Under the pieces are notes generated by a model. The model made no database searches. It saw nothing but the letters and a program-made list of their open reading frames with translations, and was not told the origin of the DNA. This document shows, piece by piece, positions 57,307-64,000 of a DNA stretch of 64,000 nucleotides. The stretch's first letter is position 1, and every line of letters begins with the position of its first letter. The position numbers were made by a program, and so were the translations under genes. The DNA comes from a virus (lineage: Duplodnaviria; Caudoviricetes): positions 128,001 to 192,000 of IMG/VR virus record IMGVR_UViG_3300027804_000001; one strand, written 5' to 3'.

Positions 57307-58800
57307 TTATAATTTTGGTGGTAAACCTTGGTTACAACCCGAACAGCTGCTATCATAACAATAGTATCCACATGAATACCATGGACACCAACAACTATTA
57401 TGCATTACACTAAAAATACCATCACCTAAATCAACAAGAAATAAATCCGATGGCTCAAAGTCTAATCCATAAATCATCATACTTGAATGTTCCATTTCTA
57501 AATTGGTTATTTCAATAGTGGTTAACTCTTGTGTATTAGAGTCTGTTACTACTAATTTATCACCAATGTACATGTTATTTAATTTTTCAAATCTTGTCGA
57601 TAGTGATCCTGATTCTTCAATATAATACACACATGATGGAGAATCAACCCAAGTTTTACCATCTGAAGTAGTAATCCTAATAAAAATAGTATCAATTGAT
57701 GATGAAACAATCCCTTCTAATGAGGATGACATTTGTGTTAACGTTTCGTTACTTTGTGCTAAACTACCACTCCATCCCAACACGTCTAACTTACCTTGCT
57801 CAAAATAAGCAGCATGATTATCATTATAATCGATAAAGTCAATTGTTCTAATTAAACTTCCTAATTGTATGTTTGAAACATTTACTAATGACCCCGTATA
57901 ATCAATGATATTTGAATCAATATCAGTGTGGTAACTGTCCATTTTTTGGTTTATACCAACCTCTTTTGTGATATATTTTTGTCTAGTTTTTTGTGTTAAT
58001 TTTGTTGTATCATTTACAAATTCATTAAGACCAAAATTTAAAGGTACGACGGTTGATTGTCTGTATCCACCCAAATTTATAACGTCTAAATTACTACCAT
58101 AAACAATATCAATACTTCTAATTATTGAATATTTTCCATCCACCAAATTGTCTGTTGAAAATAAAAACTCCTGTAATAGGTAATTTTCAGATAAATTACC
58201 CTTCAACGAAGTTAATTGGGTTGCATCGTTTAATATATGTAATTCAGGGTATAGTGCTGTGTCATAATTAGGTATACGAGCTTTAATAACTATATTCGGG
58301 TTACTGAGATTTGAAAAGTCAACAGAATCTAAAGTGTCCATACCTAAATTATTTGAAACAAAGTAGGTCTTTGGAACGTAGGTACTACCACTCATTAAAT
58401 TAAAAAATCCAAATTTATCGGCACAGTATGAATCATCAATTAAGGCCGTTGTGTCAAAAGATTGTCTTAATATAAACTTATTAGGTGCGTCTTCAATATA
58501 AGGTACCGTTATAGAATTAGTTGGTACGGTATATTCAGAAAATTGTATGTTATTTTCTGAACATTTTTGTTGTAATTTTTGTTTAAAAACATAGGGTGAG
58601 TTTGAGGGAGAGTGTGAGTCATTCTCGGTGAAAATAAAATGAAATTCACTTATATTATTGTCCACTAACATCCCAAATAACGAATCGTAATCTAATAACT
58701 CTGCACCACTATTGTATATGGTTGTATTGGTATTTGTTTCTAATATTTTTACATCATCATTGTGTTCTAACAAATCAGTACCAAGAATAATTCCTTTCAT
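57307..58800 (-). CDS. Circularly permuted ATP-grasp-like domain, Hint domain and Cys/Trp/Tyr-rich C-terminal peptide
   Basis: N-terminal D-x11-E-x-N (GTD...ILETN), VIKAR and LLQEF. Hint-like TGSLVNVSNIQLGSLIRT...IGDKL...YGLDFEPSDLFLV...VMHN. Then SCWCPWYSCGYYCYDSSCSGCNQGLPPKL. Confidence 0.6.
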   Translation of the reverse strand: MKGIILGTDLLEHNDDVKILETNTNTTIYNSGAELLDYDSLFGMLVDNNISEFHFIFTENDSHSPSNSPYVFKQKLQQKCSENNIQFSEYTVPTNSITVPYIEDAPNKFILRQSFDTTALIDDSYCADKFGFFNLMSGSTYVPKTYFVSNNLGMDTLDSVDFSNLSNPNIVIKARIPNYDTALYPELHILNDATQLTSLKGNLSENYLLQEFLFSTDNLVDGKYSIIRSIDIVYGSNLDVINLGGYRQSTVVPLNFGLNEFVNDTTKLTQKTRQKYITKEVGINQKMDSYHTDIDSNIIDYTGSLVNVSNIQLGSLIRTIDFIDYNDNHAAYFEQGKLDVLGWSGSLAQSNETLTQMSSSLEGIVSSSIDTIFIRITTSDGKTWVDSPSCVYYIEESGSLSTRFEKLNNMYIGDKLVVTDSNTQELTTIEITNLEMEHSSMMIYGLDFEPSDLFLVDLGDGIFSVMHNSCWCPWYSCGYYCYDSSCSGCNQGLPPKL

Positions 58801-58896
58801 TTTTTTGTGTTAAGTTTTATATTAATAAATATACAATTTATTAAAAAGATAATCAATGTTTATCTTAAAATAATATATATACGTATATACGTATGT

Positions 58897-59202
58897 TTAA
58901 ATTATTGTTTTATTATTTTTTTCAATTTGGGGTTCTAAAAGACCGTTGTCAGAATCGCCCCATTTTTTAAGTGGACAGGAATTGTAAATGTTAGAAAATA
59001 TTTTTTTATTTAATGGACACCCACATCTTAAACAAATTTCTGACCACCTATTATTTTTAATTAATGGTTTCTTATACTCACATGTTGAACAAATTGAATA
59101 CCTTTTTTCTGCTAGTTCTTTTTGTTCCTTAGTAGGATTTTTGGCACTTAACCAAGAGTTAAAGATTTCCTTATAGTTATATTCTATTCCGTTAATTTTC
59201 AT
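58897..59202 (-). CDS. Small Cys-rich zinc-binding protein (DUF6171-like)
   Basis: RYSICSTCE...CLRCGCPL...SCPLKKW. The protein ends KTII. Confidence 0.6.
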   Translation of the reverse strand: MKINGIEYNYKEIFNSWLSAKNPTKEQKELAEKRYSICSTCEYKKPLIKNNRWSEICLRCGCPLNKKIFSNIYNSCPLKKWGDSDNGLLEPQIEKNNKTII

Positions 59203-59990
59203 AATAAAGTCTTTGTTTCTTTAACAATATCGTAATAATCATAAATACCATCATAGGTATTTTTAAACTCTTCATTTAATTTTATGAAACAGTCCACATT
59301 TTTACTAGAATTGGTTTTTTCCAATTTAAAAGGTTTATTTATTTTAATACTAACCCATTTTTCTAATTCTTTTATATTGTCAAAATCAAACCAAATTATA
59401 TCTTTATTATGATGATGATAATTCGAGGTCGGCGTTAATAATATTTCAAAAATATTAAGAATATAGGAATCTATTTTTTTTTCTTTATCAAAAATAGATT
59501 CACCCACATCTATTCTCGTATCATTTAGTTGAACTCTTTTTTTTATAAAATTGTTTTTAATTAAAAAATCGTTTATCACATTTACTCTGCTTTCCTTACT
59601 CATTAAATCGTCGGTTGAGAAAAAAAATAATTCTTTTATATCGATATTTTTTAAATGTTCACTTACATAATGTGCTCCAATTCTTTGGGTATCGAAAATA
59701 ATTTGTTTAAATAATGAAAAAAACCTATCGTATTTATTTCTTTTTACACATAAAATTGGATAATTGTCCCCAAATTTTTTTTGTAAATCAAATAAACTTT
59801 CGTGTCCATGTTTTATTAAATCCATTAAGTTACTCTTTTCTATATTTTTTAAATCAATTTTATTATTGTTTTCATTTATAGAATTAGTTACAAATTTAAC
59901 ATTTAAATTATTTAATATACATGAATAATGAAAAGATGTGGATGCACATCTAGGTATTGATATATAAAAAAATTTATTGTCTACTAACAT
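59199..59990 (-). CDS. Sulfotransferase family 2-like protein
   Basis: FFYISIPRCASTS, HGH, RNKYDRFFS and KTNSS. The protein ends KTLL. Confidence 0.6.
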   Translation of the reverse strand: MLVDNKFFYISIPRCASTSFHYSCILNNLNVKFVTNSINENNNKIDLKNIEKSNLMDLIKHGHESLFDLQKKFGDNYPILCVKRNKYDRFFSLFKQIIFDTQRIGAHYVSEHLKNIDIKELFFFSTDDLMSKESRVNVINDFLIKNNFIKKRVQLNDTRIDVGESIFDKEKKIDSYILNIFEILLTPTSNYHHHNKDIIWFDFDNIKELEKWVSIKINKPFKLEKTNSSKNVDCFIKLNEEFKNTYDGIYDYYDIVKETKTLL

Positions 59991-60610
59991 TATAGTAAAT
60001 TTTTGGGGCTTTTACTTTTGGCTGCAAAGTTGAAATTTATGATAAACCTATCACCATCCAATGGATAATTGGCGTGATGAGCTAGTCTACCGTCAAAAAC
60101 AAAACATCTTCCCATTTTTGGGGACACTCTTTTTAGTAGAGAATAAGAATCATAATTAACGTTATTAAAGTTTTCTTGGAAGGATTGAACGTTATCTCCA
60201 TTTACGTTTGTATAAAGACAGGTGTCACCTGTCGAATCGTTAACATAATAGACCACCGCAATGTGTTCATTTATCCTATCGTAATGTAATAAATGCATCG
60301 GATTGTGTTCAAAACTAATAGGTTGGGTCCAGTTAATTTTCCATCTATAATTTTGAACAAATTCTAAGTTTATTTTTTCCGAAATTCTAATTTGGAAATC
60401 ACTGATTAAATCTTTAATCTTATCATCCTTACAGTTATTTTGAGGGTGGACTTTGGCGGGGAATTTATGTGTACTTAATTTACCACCATAATATCCCGTA
60501 ACATTTTCCATGAATTCCCATTTTATGTTTTGATTTTTAACATATTCATATAAAATCTCTTGATTTTCTTTTGAAATTATATCGTCAAATATGTAATAAT
60601 TTTTAATCAT
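59990..60610 (-). CDS. 2OG-Fe(II) oxygenase
   Basis: LHYD, YYVNDSTGDT, LAHHA and R-F-I-I-N. The protein ends KNLL. Confidence 0.75.
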   Translation of the reverse strand: MIKNYYIFDDIISKENQEILYEYVKNQNIKWEFMENVTGYYGGKLSTHKFPAKVHPQNNCKDDKIKDLISDFQIRISEKINLEFVQNYRWKINWTQPISFEHNPMHLLHYDRINEHIAVVYYVNDSTGDTCLYTNVNGDNVQSFQENFNNVNYDSYSLLKRVSPKMGRCFVFDGRLAHHANYPLDGDRFIINFNFAAKSKSPKNLL

Positions 60611-61260
60611 AATAAACTTTTCTCTTTTTTAATATAATCAAACCCAACATTACCGGCCACAACAATTCTATCAATAGTTGAATTCGGAGCATTATTTGGT
60701 GAGTGTGGCATATCGGCCTCCATTATTATTAAATCATCATTCTCAGGTCTAATCCAATATTCTTTTTTATTTTTTCCTCTAAAATATAACACACCATCTT
60801 CTCCATTCATTACATCCGGCATTTGAATGTAATAGACATAAGTATAATGAGGGGTAAATGATTTCATTTCTTTATTTATATCAGTATGAACGTGAAATTT
60901 GTCAACCCCTTTTAACTCTTCATGTTTGAATTGAATTTGAACCGGATTCGTTGATCTCACAACATTAACCCAAACCTCCGTATTGATTTTATTATACGTG
61001 GTATTTGTTTCTTCGTAAAGTTTTTTACAAGAATCTATCCCAATTTGTATTATTTCATCTAATTTTGTTTCAATTTTAACCTCACCTAAATAATTCAAAT
61101 TTTTATTCCATTCTTTTTTATACCCAAATCCATCTGTTTTAGTATCTGGTTGTGATTCAATAACGGAGTTTGCCAATTTTAATAATTCGGATTTGTCAGA
61201 TACTCGGTTTAATTTAGTTTTCCAAATATATGTGGTCTCGTCAAAATATAATTTTTCCAT
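60607..61260 (-). CDS. 2OG-Fe(II) oxygenase (TIGR02466-like)
   Basis: VHTD, YVYYIQMP, MPHSP and RIVVAGN. The protein ends KSLL. Confidence 0.7.
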   Translation of the reverse strand: MEKLYFDETTYIWKTKLNRVSDKSELLKLANSVIESQPDTKTDGFGYKKEWNKNLNYLGEVKIETKLDEIIQIGIDSCKKLYEETNTTYNKINTEVWVNVVRSTNPVQIQFKHEELKGVDKFHVHTDINKEMKSFTPHYTYVYYIQMPDVMNGEDGVLYFRGKNKKEYWIRPENDDLIIMEADMPHSPNNAPNSTIDRIVVAGNVGFDYIKKEKSLL

Positions 61261-62510
61261 TAAATTATGTTTTTAAACTTACCTTTTTTATTTTTTTTGT
61301 AGACCATATCATAATTGTAAATCAGAAATGGTAATTTGTCTTCTGTCCAATATTCAAATTCAAAAGATTTCAATAAATCAGTGTCGTTTTTTAACGTTAA
61401 TTTATTATCATTATCCAAGATGGATTTAAGTTTTGTTGGTATGGGGGCATTATACGCATCTTTCCAAAATTCGGTATCTAATCTTTCATTAAGATAATGA
61501 TACCTAACAAACATCATATTTTGTTCATTTGTTTCGGCACAAATTTTATTAAACATGTCTCTATAGGAAGTATCAAATTCGAAATCAATTAGTCTTTTTA
61601 ATTGTATAATAGTAGACATTAATGATGTTGCTTCCAACGGTTCTAAAAAACCATAAGACAATCCGATTGAAATACTATTACCTATCCAACTCCTTTTAAA
61701 TGTACCAGCTTTGAAGTCAAAAACTTTTTGTATTGTTATTTCATGTCCTAAATGTTCTTCTACTTCTTTTTTTGCGTCCTCAACGGAGACGTATTTATCA
61801 TTAAATGCATATCCACACCCCAATCTATGTTGTAGTGGTATTTGAAACATCCATCCACAATTCATTGCACACAAGTATGTGTGAGTCAAATCTTTGTAAG
61901 AAATGGATTTCATCTGAGGTAAAAAGAAACCAAATGCTTTATTAACTAAAAGATATTCTGAATAATCAATCCAACTTTCTTTATGGACACCACTAATAAT
62001 CAATCTAGCAAAACCACTACAATCGAATACAAAATCTAAATTAATAATTTCTCCGTTTGAAAGTTCAATATTATTTATGATTTCATTTGTATTATTTATT
62101 TTAATAACTTCTCCGTCTATCCAATTTACTCCCCTTCCTAATGCAATATTTTTAAAATATTCTGAGACTTTCCTAGCATCAAAGTGAAATGCAGAATAAC
62201 TTCTTACATCGTTTGTTTGTTTATTGTTTTGATGAAATAAGTGTTCTGATTCACTTCCTTTGTGTGTCCAATTAATTAATTGAAGTCCATTTTTGGTTGT
62301 TGATCCCGTTTTTTCTAAAAATTCTTTTACGTTTATATCTAATAATTTAAGAAATAAACCGAAATTAGATGTACCACCTTCACCAGCACCTAATATCCCA
62401 ATTTTAGAACTTTCAATTAGAGTAACTTTTGTGTCTTTCCAAAACTTTTGTACACTTAACGCAGTTGCCCATCCCGCAGTCCCTCCTCCAATTATCACAA
62501 CATTTTTCAT
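61260..62510 (-). CDS. Flavin-dependent halogenase-family (tryptophan halogenase-like) protein
   Basis: GGGTAGW, GAGEG, TTKNG (catalytic Lys position), DCSGF, GWMFQIP (WxWxIP variant) and GFLEPLEATS. The protein ends KNII. Confidence 0.8.
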   Translation of the reverse strand: MKNVVIIGGGTAGWATALSVQKFWKDTKVTLIESSKIGILGAGEGGTSNFGLFLKLLDINVKEFLEKTGSTTKNGLQLINWTHKGSESEHLFHQNNKQTNDVRSYSAFHFDARKVSEYFKNIALGRGVNWIDGEVIKINNTNEIINNIELSNGEIINLDFVFDCSGFARLIISGVHKESWIDYSEYLLVNKAFGFFLPQMKSISYKDLTHTYLCAMNCGWMFQIPLQHRLGCGYAFNDKYVSVEDAKKEVEEHLGHEITIQKVFDFKAGTFKRSWIGNSISIGLSYGFLEPLEATSLMSTIIQLKRLIDFEFDTSYRDMFNKICAETNEQNMMFVRYHYLNERLDTEFWKDAYNAPIPTKLKSILDNDNKLTLKNDTDLLKSFEFEYWTEDKLPFLIYNYDMVYKKNKKGKFKNII

Positions 62511-63076
62511 AATAAATTAATTTTTTTTATTGACGAAGGCCACACATTTATTGAATATCTTTTACCACTTACAATTGGTTCTACCGAATGTGTAATGTTG
62601 GATTCAAATATAAAAACACTTCCTTTTATTTTTGGTACGTTATATTCGGTTCCATCTAATATATATTTCACAAAACCACCATCATATTCGTCATTTAATT
62701 GAATAATAAAAGTTAATGTGGCACCATTTATTATCTCATGATTATCTTCGTGCCACTCTAAAAAATCATCTTTGTTATAACGATTAAATGAATATTTTAA
62801 AACTTTGACATATTCAATAGAATTAAGTGGTTTTAATCTATTACATGTGTTTATTATTTTTTTTGTTTGGTGTTCTAATATTGGGTCTAATAAAACCTCA
62901 TTGACAAAATAACAACCCATTCTTTTATTACCTTTATATTCCAAATTAGAATCGATTAGTTTACCTTTTACTATTTTAGATGACTTCATTTCTTTCAATG
63001 ACATCGACTCACCCAAATTTATTAGATAATCACACTCATCGTTGGTTAAAAAATTCTCAATCAATTTAGTGTACAT
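62507..63076 (-). CDS. 2OG-Fe(II) oxygenase (P4H-like)
   Basis: WHED, YDGG, THSVEP and RYS. The protein ends KINLL. Confidence 0.82.
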   Translation of the reverse strand: MYTKLIENFLTNDECDYLINLGESMSLKEMKSSKIVKGKLIDSNLEYKGNKRMGCYFVNEVLLDPILEHQTKKIINTCNRLKPLNSIEYVKVLKYSFNRYNKDDFLEWHEDNHEIINGATLTFIIQLNDEYDGGFVKYILDGTEYNVPKIKGSVFIFESNITHSVEPIVSGKRYSINVWPSSIKKINLL

Positions 63077-63078
63077 AA

Positions 63079-63627
63079 TTAGATTAAACTTTTAATTTTA
63101 TTTTCAATTTTTTGCAATCCAACCCAATTAACTATTGAATATCTGGTACCACTAATTATAGGTGTTATTCTATGTAATTTGTTTGATGGGAATAAAAATA
63201 AATTTCCAGCACCCTCTTCTAATTTTAAGTTTTCTTTATCTCCAACAATTTCAAAATTTCCACCGGTGTATTCGTCGTTTAATTGGATGACGGCTGAGTA
63301 GAACCTTTCGGGTCGGATTTCAATTGTTGAATCAACATGCCAATCATAATAACCACCAATTTCATATTGAGTGAATTGAAATTTACTTAAGTTGGTTACT
63401 GTATGTCCATTTATGGGCAATTTATCTCTAAGAACTTCTTTTAATTTTTCGTTTAAAAAACCTAAATTATCAATTCCTGCCACATTAGATTTTCTACCGT
63501 CTTTTGAATCTCCATAAACATCTGCCGGTTTTAATTCCAATTCGACTAAACATTTATTTAGAATGAAATTACATTCTTCTTTTGATAAAAAATTTTTTAT
63601 GGTAAAAATATTATTCATTTTTTCCAA
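63079..63627 (-). CDS. 2OG-Fe(II) oxygenase (PKHD/P4H-like)
   Basis: WHVD, YTGG, LHRITP and RYSIVNW. The protein ends KSLI. Confidence 0.85.
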   Translation of the reverse strand: MEKMNNIFTIKNFLSKEECNFILNKCLVELELKPADVYGDSKDGRKSNVAGIDNLGFLNEKLKEVLRDKLPINGHTVTNLSKFQFTQYEIGGYYDWHVDSTIEIRPERFYSAVIQLNDEYTGGNFEIVGDKENLKLEEGAGNLFLFPSNKLHRITPIISGTRYSIVNWVGLQKIENKIKSLI

Positions 63628-63823
63628 TTCCGTATTTACTAAATTTATACCACACCCTTTCGTGTAGAAAATAAATAATTGGTTTTAAAATTATTTCACC
63701 TAAACCGACCATACTAGCCCATTTAAGTGGTAAACCAGCTGAAACTGTTAATAAAATTGTTGTAATAGTACCAACAATTCTGTAGGTTATACTTTTTGCA
63801 ATGTGTCTTTTAATTAGTGGCAT
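63611..63823 (-). CDS. DUF2061-family small membrane protein
   Basis: RHIAKSITYR and YFLHERVW. Confidence 0.75.
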   Translation of the reverse strand: MPLIKRHIAKSITYRIVGTITTILLTVSAGLPLKWASMVGLGEIILKPIIYFLHERVWYKFSKYGIGKNE

Positions 63824-64000
63824 TATATCAACGTTAACTCTTTTTTCTTACCTATTTCAAAAAACATTATTAAACTAAATCTTACTCCTTTTATTACAGG
63901 TAAGACTCTGTGTGGTAATTTATTGTTAGATATTATAGATAAGTTATTTTTTGGTTTTATTTTTATTTTTTCTTTCTTTTCGTCTATGTATTCAAATTCC
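63823..64000 (-). CDS. C-terminal end of a sixth 2OG-Fe(II) oxygenase (starts beyond the window; not in ORF track)
   Basis: Manual translation ...NKLPHRVLPVIKGVRFSLIMFFEIGKKKELTLI*. Confidence 0.75.
   Translation of the reverse strand, partial: EFEYIDEKKEKIKIKPKNNLSIISNNKLPHRVLPVIKGVRFSLIMFFEIGKKKELTLI

Larger units (their letters stand above)
4994..58831. promoter_or_regulatory. Dispersed TATTTAT[A/T] motif, candidate late promoter, 9 copies
   Basis: Copies lie 3-23 nt upstream of starts. Minus strand: 4994-5001, 7144-7151, 14680-14687, 16912-16919, 23062-23069, 48057-48064, 58824-58831. Plus strand: 29092-29099, 37020-37027. Confidence 0.55.

Noticed and set aside
57400-57940. Canonical splicing intein
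   Set aside because: No N-terminal Cys/Ser nucleophile at the expected Hint start, no homing endonuclease, and the C-extein is a short peptide rather than the rest of a conserved enzyme. It is treated as a C-terminal-cleaving Hint domain instead.
2980-62520. Many short (60-170 aa) track ORFs overlapping larger genes, e.g. 3153..3350, 5433..5678, 10113..10418, 40141..40539, 52947..53282, 56912..57250
   Set aside because: They overlap confident genes on the opposite strand or in another frame, have low-information Phe/Leu/Ile/Ser-rich composition and carry no motifs.
1-64000. Alternative genetic code (TAG or TGA recoding, as in some Bacteroidota phages)
   Set aside because: Conserved genes (thyA, iscU, methylases, GTs) are full length in code 11. 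TAG and TGA end genes at sensible positions (NlpC/P60, epimerase), and coding density is already high.
1-64000. CRISPR array, tRNA or rRNA genes
   Set aside because: I saw no regularly spaced repeat-spacer units and no tRNA cloverleaf or T-loop signatures by eye. A tRNAscan/CRISPR search was not run.

Overview
This is a 64-kb, strongly AT-rich, gene-dense segment of what is most likely a large (jumbo-type) lytic phage infecting Bacteroidota. It has about 95 tightly coupled genes, mostly on the minus strand, with a plus-strand island at about 35.7-44.9 kb. The standard genetic code is used, and I saw no tRNA, rRNA, CRISPR array or integrase. Phage and host evidence: a tail fibre with a Peptidase_S74-type chaperone, PcfJ-like proteins, a pyrimidine-dimer glycosylase, Bacteroidota-type TAnnTTTG promoters, no Shine-Dalgarno sequences, and a Bacteroidota lipoprotein export signal. 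The left half (1-35 kb) holds accessory and metabolic genes: ferredoxin, IscU, IscA, ThyA, SpeD-like, a stand-alone DnaA domain IV, a repeat-flanked MORC ATPase/methylase/nuclease module, four DNA methylases, lysins and likely head-internal proteins. The right half (35-64 kb) is a large virion-decoration region. It contains many glycosyl-, methyl- and sulfotransferases, a proline-free Gly-X-Ser collagen-like tail fibre next to an Aah/TibC-type protein O-glycosyltransferase, a radical SAM enzyme, six 2OG-Fe(II) oxygenases and a flavin halogenase-family protein. Three observations stand out. (1) Thirteen proteins at 53.6-64 kb share a basic-then-hydrophobic C-terminal tag, typically K-x-[LIM]-[LI]-COOH. 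(2) Embedded among them is an untagged fusion of a circularly permuted ATP-grasp domain and a Hint domain that could release a 29-aa Cys/Trp/Tyr-rich peptide. (3) The O-glycosyltransferase/Ser-repeat fibre pair looks like an enzyme-substrate couple. All functional calls come from reading motifs by eye; no database searches were run.
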